56,311 bases of DNA from positions 1 through 56,311 of IMG/VR virus record IMGVR_UViG_3300021420_000314. The stretch is one strand, 5' to 3'. Shown here one piece after another: positions 1-9,370 of the stretch. This DNA is from a virus (taxonomy: Duplodnaviria; Caudoviricetes). The notes under the pieces were generated by a model. The model worked only from the letters and a program-made list of their open reading frames with translations. It searched no databases and was not told where the DNA came from. The position numbers were made by a program, and so were the translations under genes. Each line of letters starts with the position of its first letter. Positions within the stretch are counted from its first letter, which is position 1.

Positions 1-841
1 CTGTGGCACCGGTAGGACCTGTGGCACCGATGGGGCCTGTCGGCCCAGTGGCACCTGTGGCTCCTGGGGAGCCTGTAGCACCAGCTGCCCCAGCAGGGCC
101 AGCTACGCCAGCAGGACCGGCTACACCGGCAGGACCGGCGGCACCAGTGGCGCCTCCCGGGCCCTCGGGGCCGACCGCCCCAGTGGCTCCTGGGGAGCCC
201 GTTGCACCAGCGGGGCCAGCGACTCCAGCGGGACCGGCAGGGCCTTCCAGGCCGACAGCACCTTGAGGTCCAGTGGGGCCGACAGCTCCTGGGGAGCCCG
301 TTGCGCCAGCGGCGCCTGGTGCGCCATCTGTGCCTGCTGCTCCAGCGGGACCTGCAGGTCCGGCAGAACCCTGTGCACCGGTGGCGCCGGTGGGTCCAGC
401 GGGACCGATCGGACCTACATTACCTTGGGGACCTTCCGCGCCGGCGGGACCGGCCACACCAGCGGGGCCAGAAGCACCTTGAGGTCCAGTCGGACCGACA
501 GCGCCATCCGCGCCGGCGGCGCCGGGGGCACCGTCTGTGCCTGCGGCTCCCGCGGGACCGGCCACACCAGCGACGCCCTGGGGTCCGGTCGGACCGACAG
601 CGCCGACTGCTCCTGGGGAGCCTGTTGCACCAGGGGGGCCTGCTGGGCCCATATCTCCCTGTGGACCTTGAGCACCAGTGGCACCCACTGGCCCACTTGC
701 CCCTTGTGGGCCAGTGGGACCGGCAGGGCCAGTAGGTCCAGGGGTACCCCCACCGCCAGTACCAGCGGGGCCGGGAGGACCAGGAGGTCCTGCAGGGCCG
801 CGTGGGCCGATAGGGCCAGCGATGAAGGTAGTAACAGTCAT
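1..841 (-). CDS. Collagen-like (Gly-X-Y) fibre protein, 3'-truncated by the window edge
   Basis: Missing from the ORF track because it has no stop in the window. ATG at 841 after GAGGTG reads [27 protein letters not shown]..., then near-continuous GPT/GPA/GAT/GPQ triplets to position 1. Confidence 0.85.
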   Translation of the reverse strand, partial: MTVTTFIAGPIGPRGPAGPPGPPGPAGTGGGGTPGPTGPAGPTGPQGASGPVGATGAQGPQGDMGPAGPPGATGSPGAVGAVGPTGPQGVAGVAGPAGAAGTDGAPGAAGADGAVGPTGPQGASGPAGVAGPAGAEGPQGNVGPIGPAGPTGATGAQGSAGPAGPAGAAGTDGAPGAAGATGSPGAVGPTGPQGAVGLEGPAGPAGVAGPAGATGSPGATGAVGPEGPGGATGAAGPAGVAGPAGVAGPAGAAGATGSPGATGATGPTGPIGATGPTGAT

Positions 842-851
842 GACCACCTCA

Positions 852-884
852 CAAGAAGACTGCCCCGGCTTAATCGCCGGGGCA
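852..884 (-). terminator. Putative intrinsic terminator after the DUF3494 gene
   Basis: 9-bp stem TGCCCCGGC/GCCGGGGCA (861-884) followed on the minus strand by GTCTTCTTG. Confidence 0.5.
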
Positions 885-899
885 TTCCCCAAACTCGCC

Positions 900-2294
900 C
901 TAGTCTTCCGACACCACCGAGGGGTTGGTAGGTGCCGCCGGAGGCGCGGGCGGGGTGTTGGGCGGTGACGGAGGCAGCCCAGTGGTCACAGTCACGAGCG
1001 GCGGATCCAGCGACACCCACGTTACGCTGCCGTCCTGAGTCAGGACACCGGCAACATCGCTGAACGTGGGACGCGTGGCGCCAGTCGTACCAGCCACAGA
1101 GACCTGCTGGTAACTGTTCGTGGCGCAGTCGTAGATGATCGTGCCGAGCCTGAAGAACGTGTTGCTCGCGTAGACAGCGAGGGCCGCGGCCAGGAACATC
1201 TGGACCGTGTCGGTGTCGAGCGTGACCGCACCGGTCATCGCCAGCAGCCGGCCGTTCACGTTGACGCCTGTGCCGACCGTGATCGACGCCTGCGCCATGA
1301 TCGTTCCGACGAAGTTCGTTCCGCCATTCAGCGTGGCGCTGGAGCCGACGGCCCAGTACACGTTCTGTGCCTGTGCTCCATTCAGCAGCAGCACGTCGCT
1401 GTTGTTGACGGCAGTCGTCAGCGTTGACCCGATCTGGATTATCCAGACCGCGTCGGGATTGCCCTGCGCATCCAGCACCAGGGTGCCGGTGATGGCAAGC
1501 GAGCTGGCAGCGTTGTAGACGCCAGGACGTAGAGTCGTGCCGCCGATATCAGCCGCGAGAGTCACGGCGCCCGTGCGACCCTGTGCATCGGTGTACGCAG
1601 TGTGGAGCGCGCTCTGAGCAGCTGCGGCGACGAAGTCGTTCATGTGCAGCACGCCGCTGAACAGGGCCGGGGGACCGAAGCCAGTGATGGACGTACCCGG
1701 GGACACGCCGACGTCACCGCCGACTATGGTCGCACCGGTATTCGTGATCGTTGAGCCGGCCAGAATCTCGAAGCTGCTCGCCAGAGCAACGTCCACAGCA
1801 TCCGGTACCGGATCGAACGGAACCGGGGGACTGATGATCTCGACCGAGTCTGCGCTCGACACGCCACCGACCACTGCCGTGATCTCGTAGCTGTAGATGT
1901 GACCCGGGATCACAGCGTTGTCGATGAAGTACGGACGCGAGCGGGCGTTGGCCGATGCACTCTCAGCGGTGGCGCCGGTGTTCGCCAGCGTCAGCGAGGT
2001 GGCCGTGGAGGCCATGCACACGAACCTGCCGTTGTTGCCAGCGTTCAGGAATCCCGTGACCGTGAACGTCAGGCCGATGAAAGCGTTGCTGTCGCCACCA
2101 GTGATGGTGCCGGTATACACCGCGTTCCCGGAGACCGAAGCGGTCACGCTCGAGAGAGCCAGGAGCGGCGCATCGAGGACGTTCGTAGCGTAGGGGGTGG
2201 CGGCTTCGTTGCCGGGAGCGGTACCTCGAAAGATATTGTACGAGGCGCCGGGGGTCGGGCTGCGATCCCAAGAAATCGTGATTTCGTGCGACAT
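900..2294 (-). CDS. DUF3494 (IBP-1 fold) ice-binding-family protein with N-terminal FN3-like domain
   Basis: Family motifs [97 protein letters not shown]3-like ITISW...YNIFRG...YSYEITAV. Likely start MSHEITISW at 2294. Confidence 0.9.
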   Translation of the reverse strand: MSHEITISWDRSPTPGASYNIFRGTAPGNEAATPYATNVLDAPLLALSSVTASVSGNAVYTGTITGGDSNAFIGLTFTVTGFLNAGNNGRFVCMASTATSLTLANTGATAESASANARSRPYFIDNAVIPGHIYSYEITAVVGGVSSADSVEIISPPVPFDPVPDAVDVALASSFEILAGSTITNTGATIVGGDVGVSPGTSITGFGPPALFSGVLHMNDFVAAAAQSALHTAYTDAQGRTGAVTLAADIGGTTLRPGVYNAASSLAITGTLVLDAQGNPDAVWIIQIGSTLTTAVNNSDVLLLNGAQAQNVYWAVGSSATLNGGTNFVGTIMAQASITVGTGVNVNGRLLAMTGAVTLDTDTVQMFLAAALAVYASNTFFRLGTIIYDCATNSYQQVSVAGTTGATRPTFSDVAGVLTQDGSVTWVSLDPPLVTVTTGLPPSPPNTPPAPPAAPTNPSVVSED

Positions 2295-2397
2295 GAGGAG
2301 GTACCTTGTGAACGTGACGTCACAACCCCCCACTCACTATATACACCTTTTTTCGCCGCTATGTGCGCTGGCCCACATATAAACCTGATTTTTTTGT

Positions 2398-2434
2398 GAA
2401 AAGAAAAGGGCCGACCCCTTTCGGAGCCGGCCCT
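2398..2434 (-). terminator. Rho-independent terminator after the major capsid gene
   Basis: Minus strand AGGGCCGGCTCC-GAAA-GGGGTCGGCCCT followed by TTTCTTTT. Confidence 0.85.
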
Positions 2435-2450
2435 AGGTTTCACTCAGCCT

Positions 2451-3629
2451 TTACAGACCGGAGTTCGAGACCACCGCATACCCGACGAGGGTCGGGTTGA
2501 TGACCTGGAATCCCCAGACCTGCAGACCGCGCATCAAGGTGCCGAAGGTGCTCTCCGAGCGGAGAGTCTCGACCTTCGTCATCTGCGACGCGAACGTCAG
2601 ACCCAGCGCGTGGCCGAAGTACACACCGTACTCACCGGCTGCGAGGGTCGCGGCAAGACCAGCCGCGGCGGCGCTCGTCGCACCAGCGGTACCCGCACCC
2701 GCGCCGCTGCCGATGGGCAGCAGGTTGGACACGTACACCGTGAAGCGATCGATCATGCCCAGGCGCCCGTTGCGCGCGATGGACACTGCGTCACCGGTCA
2801 AGTACGCCTGCTGGAACGCAGACCGCTTGACCATGGCCGCTGCCCAGGCGGGCAGAACGATCCAGCGGCCCGTCTCCGGGACGCGCTGTTCGTCGAGCGC
2901 CTGACCAGCGTCGATGATGAAGTCGAGCACAGCCTTCGCCGAGCTCTTGCTGTAGCCCACGCCCTGCGTCTCCGCGACGCCGTAGAACGTGCCGGGCGAT
3001 CCCGGGGTCTGGGTCGAACGGGCCAGCCAGAGCGGAGCTCCGACGTACTTCTGCGTGCCAGCGGCGCCGAAGAAGATGACCGAGTTCGTCGAAGCGCCGA
3101 AGTTCAGCGTCTGCGACAGACGTCCCGCCTGCGGGCCGAGGTTGGCGCTCACGCCGCCGGCGCTGACCACGATGGTCGTGGCTCCGGAGACCTGGTTGCC
3201 GATGCTCGTTGCAGCGAGGATCTGGCCGTCGACGTAAACCTTCATCTGCTCAGAGGCGTTGTCCGCCCAGTTGCTCAGCAGGTCGACGTCCGCCTGGATC
3301 TCCATCACGTCGTCGAGGACGGTGTTGAAGTAGGCGCCCTGGTTGATGAACAGCTGCACGAGGTTCGAGCTCGGCCGCTGAACGGTCAGTGCCTGGTCCG
3401 TGGTGTAGGCCAGGATGTTGATCGTCGGATGGGTACGGATGTTGACGGTGTCGCCAAAGTTCCGGATCTCACCCTCGTAGTCGGTCGAGGCGATCGCGCC
3501 GAGGACGGTCGCGTCGTAGAACTTCTCGACGAACTTGCCCGACCAGATTGTCGGGATGAAAATGCCTGAGTAGGCCGGATTGGCGCTTGAGCCAAGGTAC
3601 GGCGTACCGACGGGATATACGGTCGTCAT
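2451..3629 (-). CDS. Major capsid protein
   Basis: FIPTIWSGK, TDYEGEI..GDTVNIR and LDEQRVPETGRW motifs typical of P22-coat-like HK97-fold capsids. Lies after the scaffold, with GGAG RBS and a downstream terminator. Confidence 0.88.
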   Translation of the reverse strand: MTTVYPVGTPYLGSSANPAYSGIFIPTIWSGKFVEKFYDATVLGAIASTDYEGEIRNFGDTVNIRTHPTINILAYTTDQALTVQRPSSNLVQLFINQGAYFNTVLDDVMEIQADVDLLSNWADNASEQMKVYVDGQILAATSIGNQVSGATTIVVSAGGVSANLGPQAGRLSQTLNFGASTNSVIFFGAAGTQKYVGAPLWLARSTQTPGSPGTFYGVAETQGVGYSKSSAKAVLDFIIDAGQALDEQRVPETGRWIVLPAWAAAMVKRSAFQQAYLTGDAVSIARNGRLGMIDRFTVYVSNLLPIGSGAGAGTAGATSAAAAGLAATLAAGEYGVYFGHALGLTFASQMTKVETLRSESTFGTLMRGLQVWGFQVINPTLVGYAVVSNSGL

Positions 3630-3694
3630 GTCATGCTCCTGCCGGCTTGGTGACCGGTCTTATGTCCGACGCCGTGACAGCGGCGTGGGACTGG

Positions 3695-4804
3695 TTACGC
3701 GTTGTTCAGCAAGTGCGAATTCGTGCGGTCAGGTCGGACTCGTCCGTCCTTGATGGCCGCTCTCAGGTCCGCTTCGAGAGTTGCCTTCTCTGCGGGCGAG
3801 ATGCGATTTCGCTGCACACGGGAGTAAAAGTCTCTGACCTCTTGTTCAGACCAGATTCTTCCACTGGCGTTACCAGGAGCTGCCGCGCCATCCGTCCGGC
3901 CTTGGCCGGGGGCGAGTAGTGTTGCCGGATCGAGCTGCGCGGTGCGCGGCGGATCAGCAGTTACTCGGCGCTGAGCGTCTTCCTCAGCCTTGAATGCCTT
4001 GAACATCGCGACGACCCGTGTGGAATCGCCTGATTCAAACGCATTCATCAACCCCACTTTGCGGGGTACACCAGAGAATATATCGATCTGACTGGCCCAG
4101 TCAAGGAACTCCTGACTGCCGTTGATCAGTACAGCGTCAGCTCCGAAGGCTTCATGGAGGGCTTCCCAGACACGGCCCTGTGAGTCCGCGGCAGCGCGCT
4201 GCACGGCAGCGCCGGCCAGCTGCGCGGCCTGACCAGCCTGTTGCGCGACGGGGGCAACAGCCTGCTGGGCGGCGCGAGCGGCAACGTTGCCGATCAGCTC
4301 CACCAGATCAGGACCGAAGTCAGACATCTGCTTGTCGGAAACACCGAACGAGCGCGCCATGTCGGCGGCCGTCGGCGCGGGGGCAGGGGCGGGCGCGACG
4401 GGAGCCGGCACAGAGCGCATCTGCTCGATCAGGCGAGCCTGTTCCTGGATCAGCCGATTGCGTTCGGCCATCTCCTGGTTGTACTTGCCCTGCAGCACCT
4501 TGTAGCGCTGCTCGAATTCGTTCACCGGTGCCGCGGACACGGCGGGCTGAGCTGTCGCGCTCGGGCCGGGCGCCTGGGGCGGGGGATTCGCGGGCGGTGC
4601 GGCGGCCTGCGGCGGCGCCGGAACAGCGTCGGGCGGCGGTGCAGCACCGACGTTCGGCAGGTTCGGAGGCGGCGCGGACGGCGCCTGGCCCTGCTGCGGC
4701 ATACCGGGGATCGGCTCGCCGGCGGCGAAGGCTTTGATCTGAGCGTTGGCCTGCTTCACCTGGCGGCGAGCGGCGGCGGGCATGTTCGACTGCGGAGCGT
4801 TCAT
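3695..4804 (-). CDS. Capsid scaffolding protein (putative)
   Basis: Pro/Ala-rich N-terminus, coiled coil (FEQRYKVLQGKYNQE), C-terminal AAIKDGRV; immediately upstream of the major capsid gene. Confidence 0.7.
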   Translation of the reverse strand: MNAPQSNMPAAARRQVKQANAQIKAFAAGEPIPGMPQQGQAPSAPPPNLPNVGAAPPPDAVPAPPQAAAPPANPPPQAPGPSATAQPAVSAAPVNEFEQRYKVLQGKYNQEMAERNRLIQEQARLIEQMRSVPAPVAPAPAPAPTAADMARSFGVSDKQMSDFGPDLVELIGNVAARAAQQAVAPVAQQAGQAAQLAGAAVQRAAADSQGRVWEALHEAFGADAVLINGSQEFLDWASQIDIFSGVPRKVGLMNAFESGDSTRVVAMFKAFKAEEDAQRRVTADPPRTAQLDPATLLAPGQGRTDGAAAPGNASGRIWSEQEVRDFYSRVQRNRISPAEKATLEADLRAAIKDGRVRPDRTNSHLLNNA

Positions 4805-5007
4805 GAGTTCTCGTTCTTCACTAGGAGGTTGAGGAGGATATCGTATGCGCGGGCCTCGCCAATGTTGGCTTCCCGGTCGAGCGCATCGTAGAGGATCTTG
4901 TGCACAGCATCGTCACGTTTGACCTGTAACATCACCACGTAATCCCTGTAGACGGGTGTCTGTCTGAACTGCGCGACGAGGCGCACCATGTCTGTTCGGG
5001 AAGCCAT
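4801..5007 (-). CDS. Small head-module protein
   Basis: 68-aa ORF translationally coupled to its neighbours. Confidence 0.6.
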   Translation of the reverse strand: MASRTDMVRLVAQFRQTPVYRDYVVMLQVKRDDAVHKILYDALDREANIGEARAYDILLNLLVKNENS

Positions 5008-5261
5008 TACCAGCGCAGCGGGTTGCCCAGGGCCTCAGTGACGGTGTCGGAATCTTCCTTGTCCGGCCCCTTCTTGAGGTAGTCCTTGGTGTAAACGCGG
5101 GAGGGCGGAGCGCCCTCGCCGCCATGACGACGCCCGAGGTCGGCAGCTTGGCCCATGCGAATGTCCTGAGTTTTCAGGACCTTTGTGCCGGCTGACTGCT
5201 CTTCTTTTGTGTGGGCGTCGGGCTTCTGAACGTGGTCTGTTGGTGCGTTGGTGAAGCTCAT
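5007..5261 (-). CDS. Hypothetical protein
   Basis: 84-aa hydrophilic ORF with overlapping start/stop codons. Confidence 0.55.
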   Translation of the reverse strand: MSFTNAPTDHVQKPDAHTKEEQSAGTKVLKTQDIRMGQAADLGRRHGGEGAPPSRVYTKDYLKKGPDKEDSDTVTEALGNPLRW

Positions 5262-5560
5262 TTGCTGTTACCACGCCGGGTGTTGAGGTGGTTGGGACGG
5301 TTCGGCTTCGAGGGGCGCCCCTCGATGTGGACAGGCCCCGTGGTGCGCAGCGCGTCACGGCGCCCAGGGAAGTCCACGGCGGGAGAATTGATAATCGCGG
5401 TCGGCGCCGGCGGCAGCGGGACGATCGTGTCCTTGCTGAAGTGTTTGCCGTGCTCTTTGCCACGATGCACATCCTTGCGGAACTCGGGGATGTGCGTCGT
5501 CGAGTTCTGGAAGGTCGTGCCGAAGGAGGCACCGCTTGTCGGTGGCTTCTTGTGCTTCAT
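5258..5560 (-). CDS. Hypothetical basic protein
   Basis: 100-aa ORF coupled to its neighbours by ATGA overlaps. Confidence 0.55.
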   Translation of the reverse strand: MKHKKPPTSGASFGTTFQNSTTHIPEFRKDVHRGKEHGKHFSKDTIVPLPPAPTAIINSPAVDFPGRRDALRTTGPVHIEGRPSKPNRPNHLNTRRGNSK

Positions 5561-6090
5561 TTGGTGTCGAATCCGTGATCCGGGTGGCTGTTGTTGCCCC
5601 CGCGTACCGGCTTGCCCTTCTTCTCGTAGGACTTCTTCAGGCCGTAGCCCTCGCGTCCACCGCCATCGTCGGTGTCGCCGACCGTCTTGATGCGGTCCGC
5701 CGTCAGACGCCGCATGTTCGAGGCGATGACCTTGCCAGTTGAGTCCGGCAGACCATGCTGAAGATCGTTGACCGGCTTGTGGATCGGTGACTCACCGTAC
5801 GGGAAGTCGATGGCCGGGTCATTGCAGGTGATCGTCGGGCCAGCCTTCTCGGGGACGATCGTGCGAGCGCCGACATCTTTGTGCGCGCCATGGCTGGGCT
5901 GAGTCTTGCCGCGGTTGTCCTTGCCACGCATGAGCTTGTTGTGCCCACTCGTATTGGTCTCGCCAATGACAGGATCGTTGCAGGTGAAGGTCGGGCCTTG
6001 CTTCTGCGGGACGATCTGCGCGCTACCGGAAACTTTGCCGGCGTGGGTGACGTTGCGTGGGTTGGCCATGTTGTTGTTCCTGGGGGGCAT
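5557..6090 (-). CDS. Hypothetical protein with internal repeat
   Basis: 177 aa; two copies of IVPxKxGPTxTCNDPxI. Confidence 0.6.
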   Translation of the reverse strand: MPPRNNNMANPRNVTHAGKVSGSAQIVPQKQGPTFTCNDPVIGETNTSGHNKLMRGKDNRGKTQPSHGAHKDVGARTIVPEKAGPTITCNDPAIDFPYGESPIHKPVNDLQHGLPDSTGKVIASNMRRLTADRIKTVGDTDDGGGREGYGLKKSYEKKGKPVRGGNNSHPDHGFDTK

Positions 6091-6104
6091 AGTGCCCCGT
6101 AAGC

Positions 6105-6133
6105 ATCATACGGTGGGTTTACCCACCAGGCAA
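6105..6133 (-). promoter_or_regulatory. Putative sigma70-type promoter with a palindromic spacer
   Basis: Minus strand TTGCCT-N17-TATGAT; the spacer contains the inverted repeat GGTGGGT-AA-ACCCACC. Confidence 0.45.
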
Positions 6134-8509
6134 GTGTGTAGAGACGTTGTTCATTGGAGTGACCTGTGGCGCCACAGGTATGCCCTGCACGCCGCCAGCG
6201 CCCTGCGGCGCGGCGCCAGAGGGTGCAGGCTGATTGTTTCCAGTCGGATTCTGCCCCACGCCTGGCATGCCCAGCAGCGCACCGGTCGCACCCGGGGGCA
6301 CGTTCCCCTTGAACTGCACGTTCACACGCGGCGGCGGTGGGGGTGGCGGAGGCGGGGGTGGGGGCGGAGGCGGCGGCGGCCCGAAAACGTTCCCAGGGGG
6401 TCCCGGCTGAACACCAGGAGCCAGTCCCGGAGGCGGCGAAGTAGGCGCGTCATCCGGGTTCTTGATCTTGAGCTCGATCCCGAGGTTGTCCGCGATGGTC
6501 TGGACGAGGGTTGCGATCTCCCCTTGGCCGAGTAGCGGAGCCAGCGCAGGATTGCTGACCAGGTTGAGGAACTGGAGCTGCTTGGTGAGGTCCTGTTCTT
6601 GCTTCGCGGCATTTCGTACCCCGTCGACCACGATCTCTTCGTCACCACGGAGCATCCCCGTGTTGTCGGTGAGCATGATCATATCGTAGAGCATGTGGAG
6701 CATCGGCGTGAAGACGTCCTTGTCGATGTTATCAGCGACATTCTGGAGCGTCTTGTTGGCGTTGTTGATCAACATCGAGAGGCCGGACGCAGTGCGTCCA
6801 GCTCCGCCGGCCGGCCCCTGGCCCGTCAAATAACGCGGGATGGTCGATACGTCATCGAGCATCACCGAGAACTTATCCAGGACGGCCATTAGCTCCTGGG
6901 AGTTGGAGGTGGGCTGGTAGAACTCGACAGGCTTACGGTTAGGGTTAGCTGGATCCCCGATGTATTTCCACCGTTTCCACGGGTAAAGAGCATCAGTCTC
7001 AGTCGGCGAAATAAGGTCTTCATCGTAGATCACCTGGGGACCCGAGGCGATCGACATGTTGTTCACGAGCGCGCGCAGCGTCGCGTTGATGACGTCGGTC
7101 AGGTCATTCGCGAGCGCGGGGATGCCGTTGCCGTAGAGCGAGCCGGGCTGCTTGTCGAAACTCGTGACGTAGTACGGCACGCGCTTGCGCGGGGAGGGAT
7201 TCAGCATCACCTTGAAGATGTGTTTGTCGACCATCCACGCCGTGATCATGTACGGTTTGTAGTCGTCCTTAACACCCGGGACACCAAATTCCTTGAGATA
7301 TAGGCCCAGAACGGGACCGTGAAACTCGATAGCGTTGATGTACGTGTCATCGAGTATGTTGTTCCGTCCTTCCATGAACGCCCGCTCATAATCGAAAATC
7401 TGTATCCATTCCTTGAAACCGCGTGCCTGATAATTTTGAATGATCTGTTTGATGTCCTCGTCTCGATACCCAGGGAGACCGATGAGGTTGTAGAGGTCAT
7501 CAACAGAGAGGCGCTGACGTTCAAAAACCTCAGTCTGCGTAATATGGGTAGCGCCCGGGGAAAACCAAATATCCCACGGACTGACGCGGTCCCAGAAGAA
7601 CCGAGCCTCTTCATGTGCGGAGATGTCACCTGCTTTGCTCCACTTCAGGGCGGTGTGCCGGCGGGTGACCGGACCCTTGATGACCGCGTACTTGTAGACG
7701 GGCAGGTCGGACAGGAACTCCGACAACGCGTCGTAGAAGCGGCCCTTCTCCAAGATCTCATCCACCTTGCGCATCGCGTCGTGCGCCTCCTCGCCGGCCT
7801 TGCGGCGCTCGGAGAGCTTCACGGCCTCGTAGAGCTGCTCGAGCCGGTCCTTGATCATGTGCTGGGGAACCATCATCCCCTGCTGGTTGACCGACTGAAC
7901 CTCGGTCATTACCAACCGCTTGATTTTCAAGTCGATCGCATCGGGCACGACGGGGTCAGCGGTCGGCTCGAAGCTCCAGGGGCGGTCCGAGTTCATATAC
8001 ACATTGCGCAGAAGAGCAGTCGCTCCTCGGCACTTCATCGTCATAAGACGCGAGTACACCGCGGAACCGCCGAAGCTCTTGATCTCCTGCAACTTTGTTG
8101 CGTCATACTGGCCGTTGTATGCACGCATGTCCCGGATGAGCTCGTCATCCACCAGGATGACGCGGCGGTGTCGAACCGCCTTCTCGAAGCGCGAGCGGAT
8201 GTACCGCGCGAGCTCCGACATCGCCTCTTCGGGGAGTTCGGACAGGCTCTGCGACTTGCGCTCGGCCGCGTCCATCTCGTCGTTGCCGACCACGCGCAAC
8301 AGTCCGCGCCCCTGGTGCCTCATGGGCTGGGACTTCTCGTCACCAAAGACGCCAGGTAGCGGCGACGCGGCGCGGGCCGAGTTGCCCATGATGGCAATCT
8401 GGCCCAAACCAGGCGTCTGGCCGTTCGGGAACCCTGTTCCGCCGCGGCCGGCGTTACTCGTTCCCTGACCTGTGTCGATGGTGCCTTGCGGGATCGGCAG
8501 GACAGCCAT
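6119..8509 (-). CDS. Portal protein
   Basis: 796 aa between terminase and scaffold; portal-type segments (VSPWDIWFSPGAT, PGSLYGNGIP, RALVNNMSIASGPQV, GRTASGLSML); disordered Pro-rich C-terminus. Confidence 0.85.
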   Translation of the reverse strand: MAVLPIPQGTIDTGQGTSNAGRGGTGFPNGQTPGLGQIAIMGNSARAASPLPGVFGDEKSQPMRHQGRGLLRVVGNDEMDAAERKSQSLSELPEEAMSELARYIRSRFEKAVRHRRVILVDDELIRDMRAYNGQYDATKLQEIKSFGGSAVYSRLMTMKCRGATALLRNVYMNSDRPWSFEPTADPVVPDAIDLKIKRLVMTEVQSVNQQGMMVPQHMIKDRLEQLYEAVKLSERRKAGEEAHDAMRKVDEILEKGRFYDALSEFLSDLPVYKYAVIKGPVTRRHTALKWSKAGDISAHEEARFFWDRVSPWDIWFSPGATHITQTEVFERQRLSVDDLYNLIGLPGYRDEDIKQIIQNYQARGFKEWIQIFDYERAFMEGRNNILDDTYINAIEFHGPVLGLYLKEFGVPGVKDDYKPYMITAWMVDKHIFKVMLNPSPRKRVPYYVTSFDKQPGSLYGNGIPALANDLTDVINATLRALVNNMSIASGPQVIYDEDLISPTETDALYPWKRWKYIGDPANPNRKPVEFYQPTSNSQELMAVLDKFSVMLDDVSTIPRYLTGQGPAGGAGRTASGLSMLINNANKTLQNVADNIDKDVFTPMLHMLYDMIMLTDNTGMLRGDEEIVVDGVRNAAKQEQDLTKQLQFLNLVSNPALAPLLGQGEIATLVQTIADNLGIELKIKNPDDAPTSPPPGLAPGVQPGPPGNVFGPPPPPPPPPPPPPPPPPRVNVQFKGNVPPGATGALLGMPGVGQNPTGNNQPAPSGAAPQGAGGVQGIPVAPQVTPMNNVSTHLPGG

Positions 8510-8517
8510 CTATCACC

Positions 8518-8946
8518 TTAGCTCGGAACGCGCGGCACCGTGAACCACTGGCCAGCGATGGTGCACATGAAGGACGCCGAGGTCAGCGCGCCCATCGTGA
8601 TCTTGTTGTTGGCACCAAGGGCGTTGATCGCATCACCGGAGGCCGGGAACACGTCAACCGCGTTGGAGGCCGTTGCCAGGGCAATGGTGATCGTCAGGCC
8701 GGGCTTTGACGCGGGCAGCGTTACCGCCTGCGAGGCACCGGTGGACGTCACGTGGTTGTTCATTGCCGTGATCGCCGTGCCACCGACCTGCGTGTCCGTC
8801 GCGCTTGCGGCAACTACCGCGGACGACAGGGTTTCCGAACCCGTGACGGTCAGGTTCTTGACAGTCGGAGACTCCGCGCTGGTCTGCTGCGCAAGGCGGA
8901 AGGCCAGTGCTTGAATGTCGATGTCGTCGAGTGAAACGTTAGCCAT
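8518..8946 (-). CDS. Putative virion structural protein
   Basis: Ala/Thr-rich beta protein (VTLPA..G, VFPASGDAIN); start MANVSL at 8946 after AAGGA. Confidence 0.55.
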   Translation of the reverse strand: MANVSLDDIDIQALAFRLAQQTSAESPTVKNLTVTGSETLSSAVVAASATDTQVGGTAITAMNNHVTSTGASQAVTLPASKPGLTITIALATASNAVDVFPASGDAINALGANNKITMGALTSASFMCTIAGQWFTVPRVPS

Positions 8947-8963
8947 GGGAAAGAGTCCTTTGT

Positions 8964-9356
8964 TTATTCGATGATGGAGCCGCCGACAGTCATCGACGTG
9001 GAGGCGCCCACGGTCGTGACCGAGATCCGCCACGTGCGTGGCAGTTGATCATTCGCTGAGACGTTCGCAGCTACGGGGGCGCCGCGGAACACAAAAAGTC
9101 GGGTGAACGCAGCCGCCGCAAGGGCCGTCGACGCGAGAATGGTGTAGTACGTACCGGAGACCGGGTCCTTACCCTGGATCGTCACAGTGGCAGATGTCGT
9201 GACCGCGGTGATGTTGATGTACAAATTCAGGCCGGCGCACGACGGATTGTCCTGATCCGGCGAGACGTACGTATTAGCCGCCGCAGCAACCAAAGTGAGC
9301 AACGCCGCCAGGTTCACGTTCTGCGTTGGGATTGTCGGATCAATGCCTGTGGCCAT
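8964..9356 (-). CDS. Putative virion beta-sandwich protein
   Basis: 130 aa; TVTIQGKDPVSGTYYTIL and LPRTWRI segments of a common small phage structural family. Confidence 0.55.
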   Translation of the reverse strand: MATGIDPTIPTQNVNLAALLTLVAAAANTYVSPDQDNPSCAGLNLYINITAVTTSATVTIQGKDPVSGTYYTILASTALAAAAFTRLFVFRGAPVAANVSANDQLPRTWRISVTTVGASTSMTVGGSIIE

Positions 9357-9370
9357 GGGTAGCCCTTCTA

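Noticed and set aside
3-968. Plus-strand Pro/Ala/Gly ORFs in the track
   Set aside because: Antisense shadows of the minus-strand collagen gene, which has an RBS and matches its neighbours' orientation
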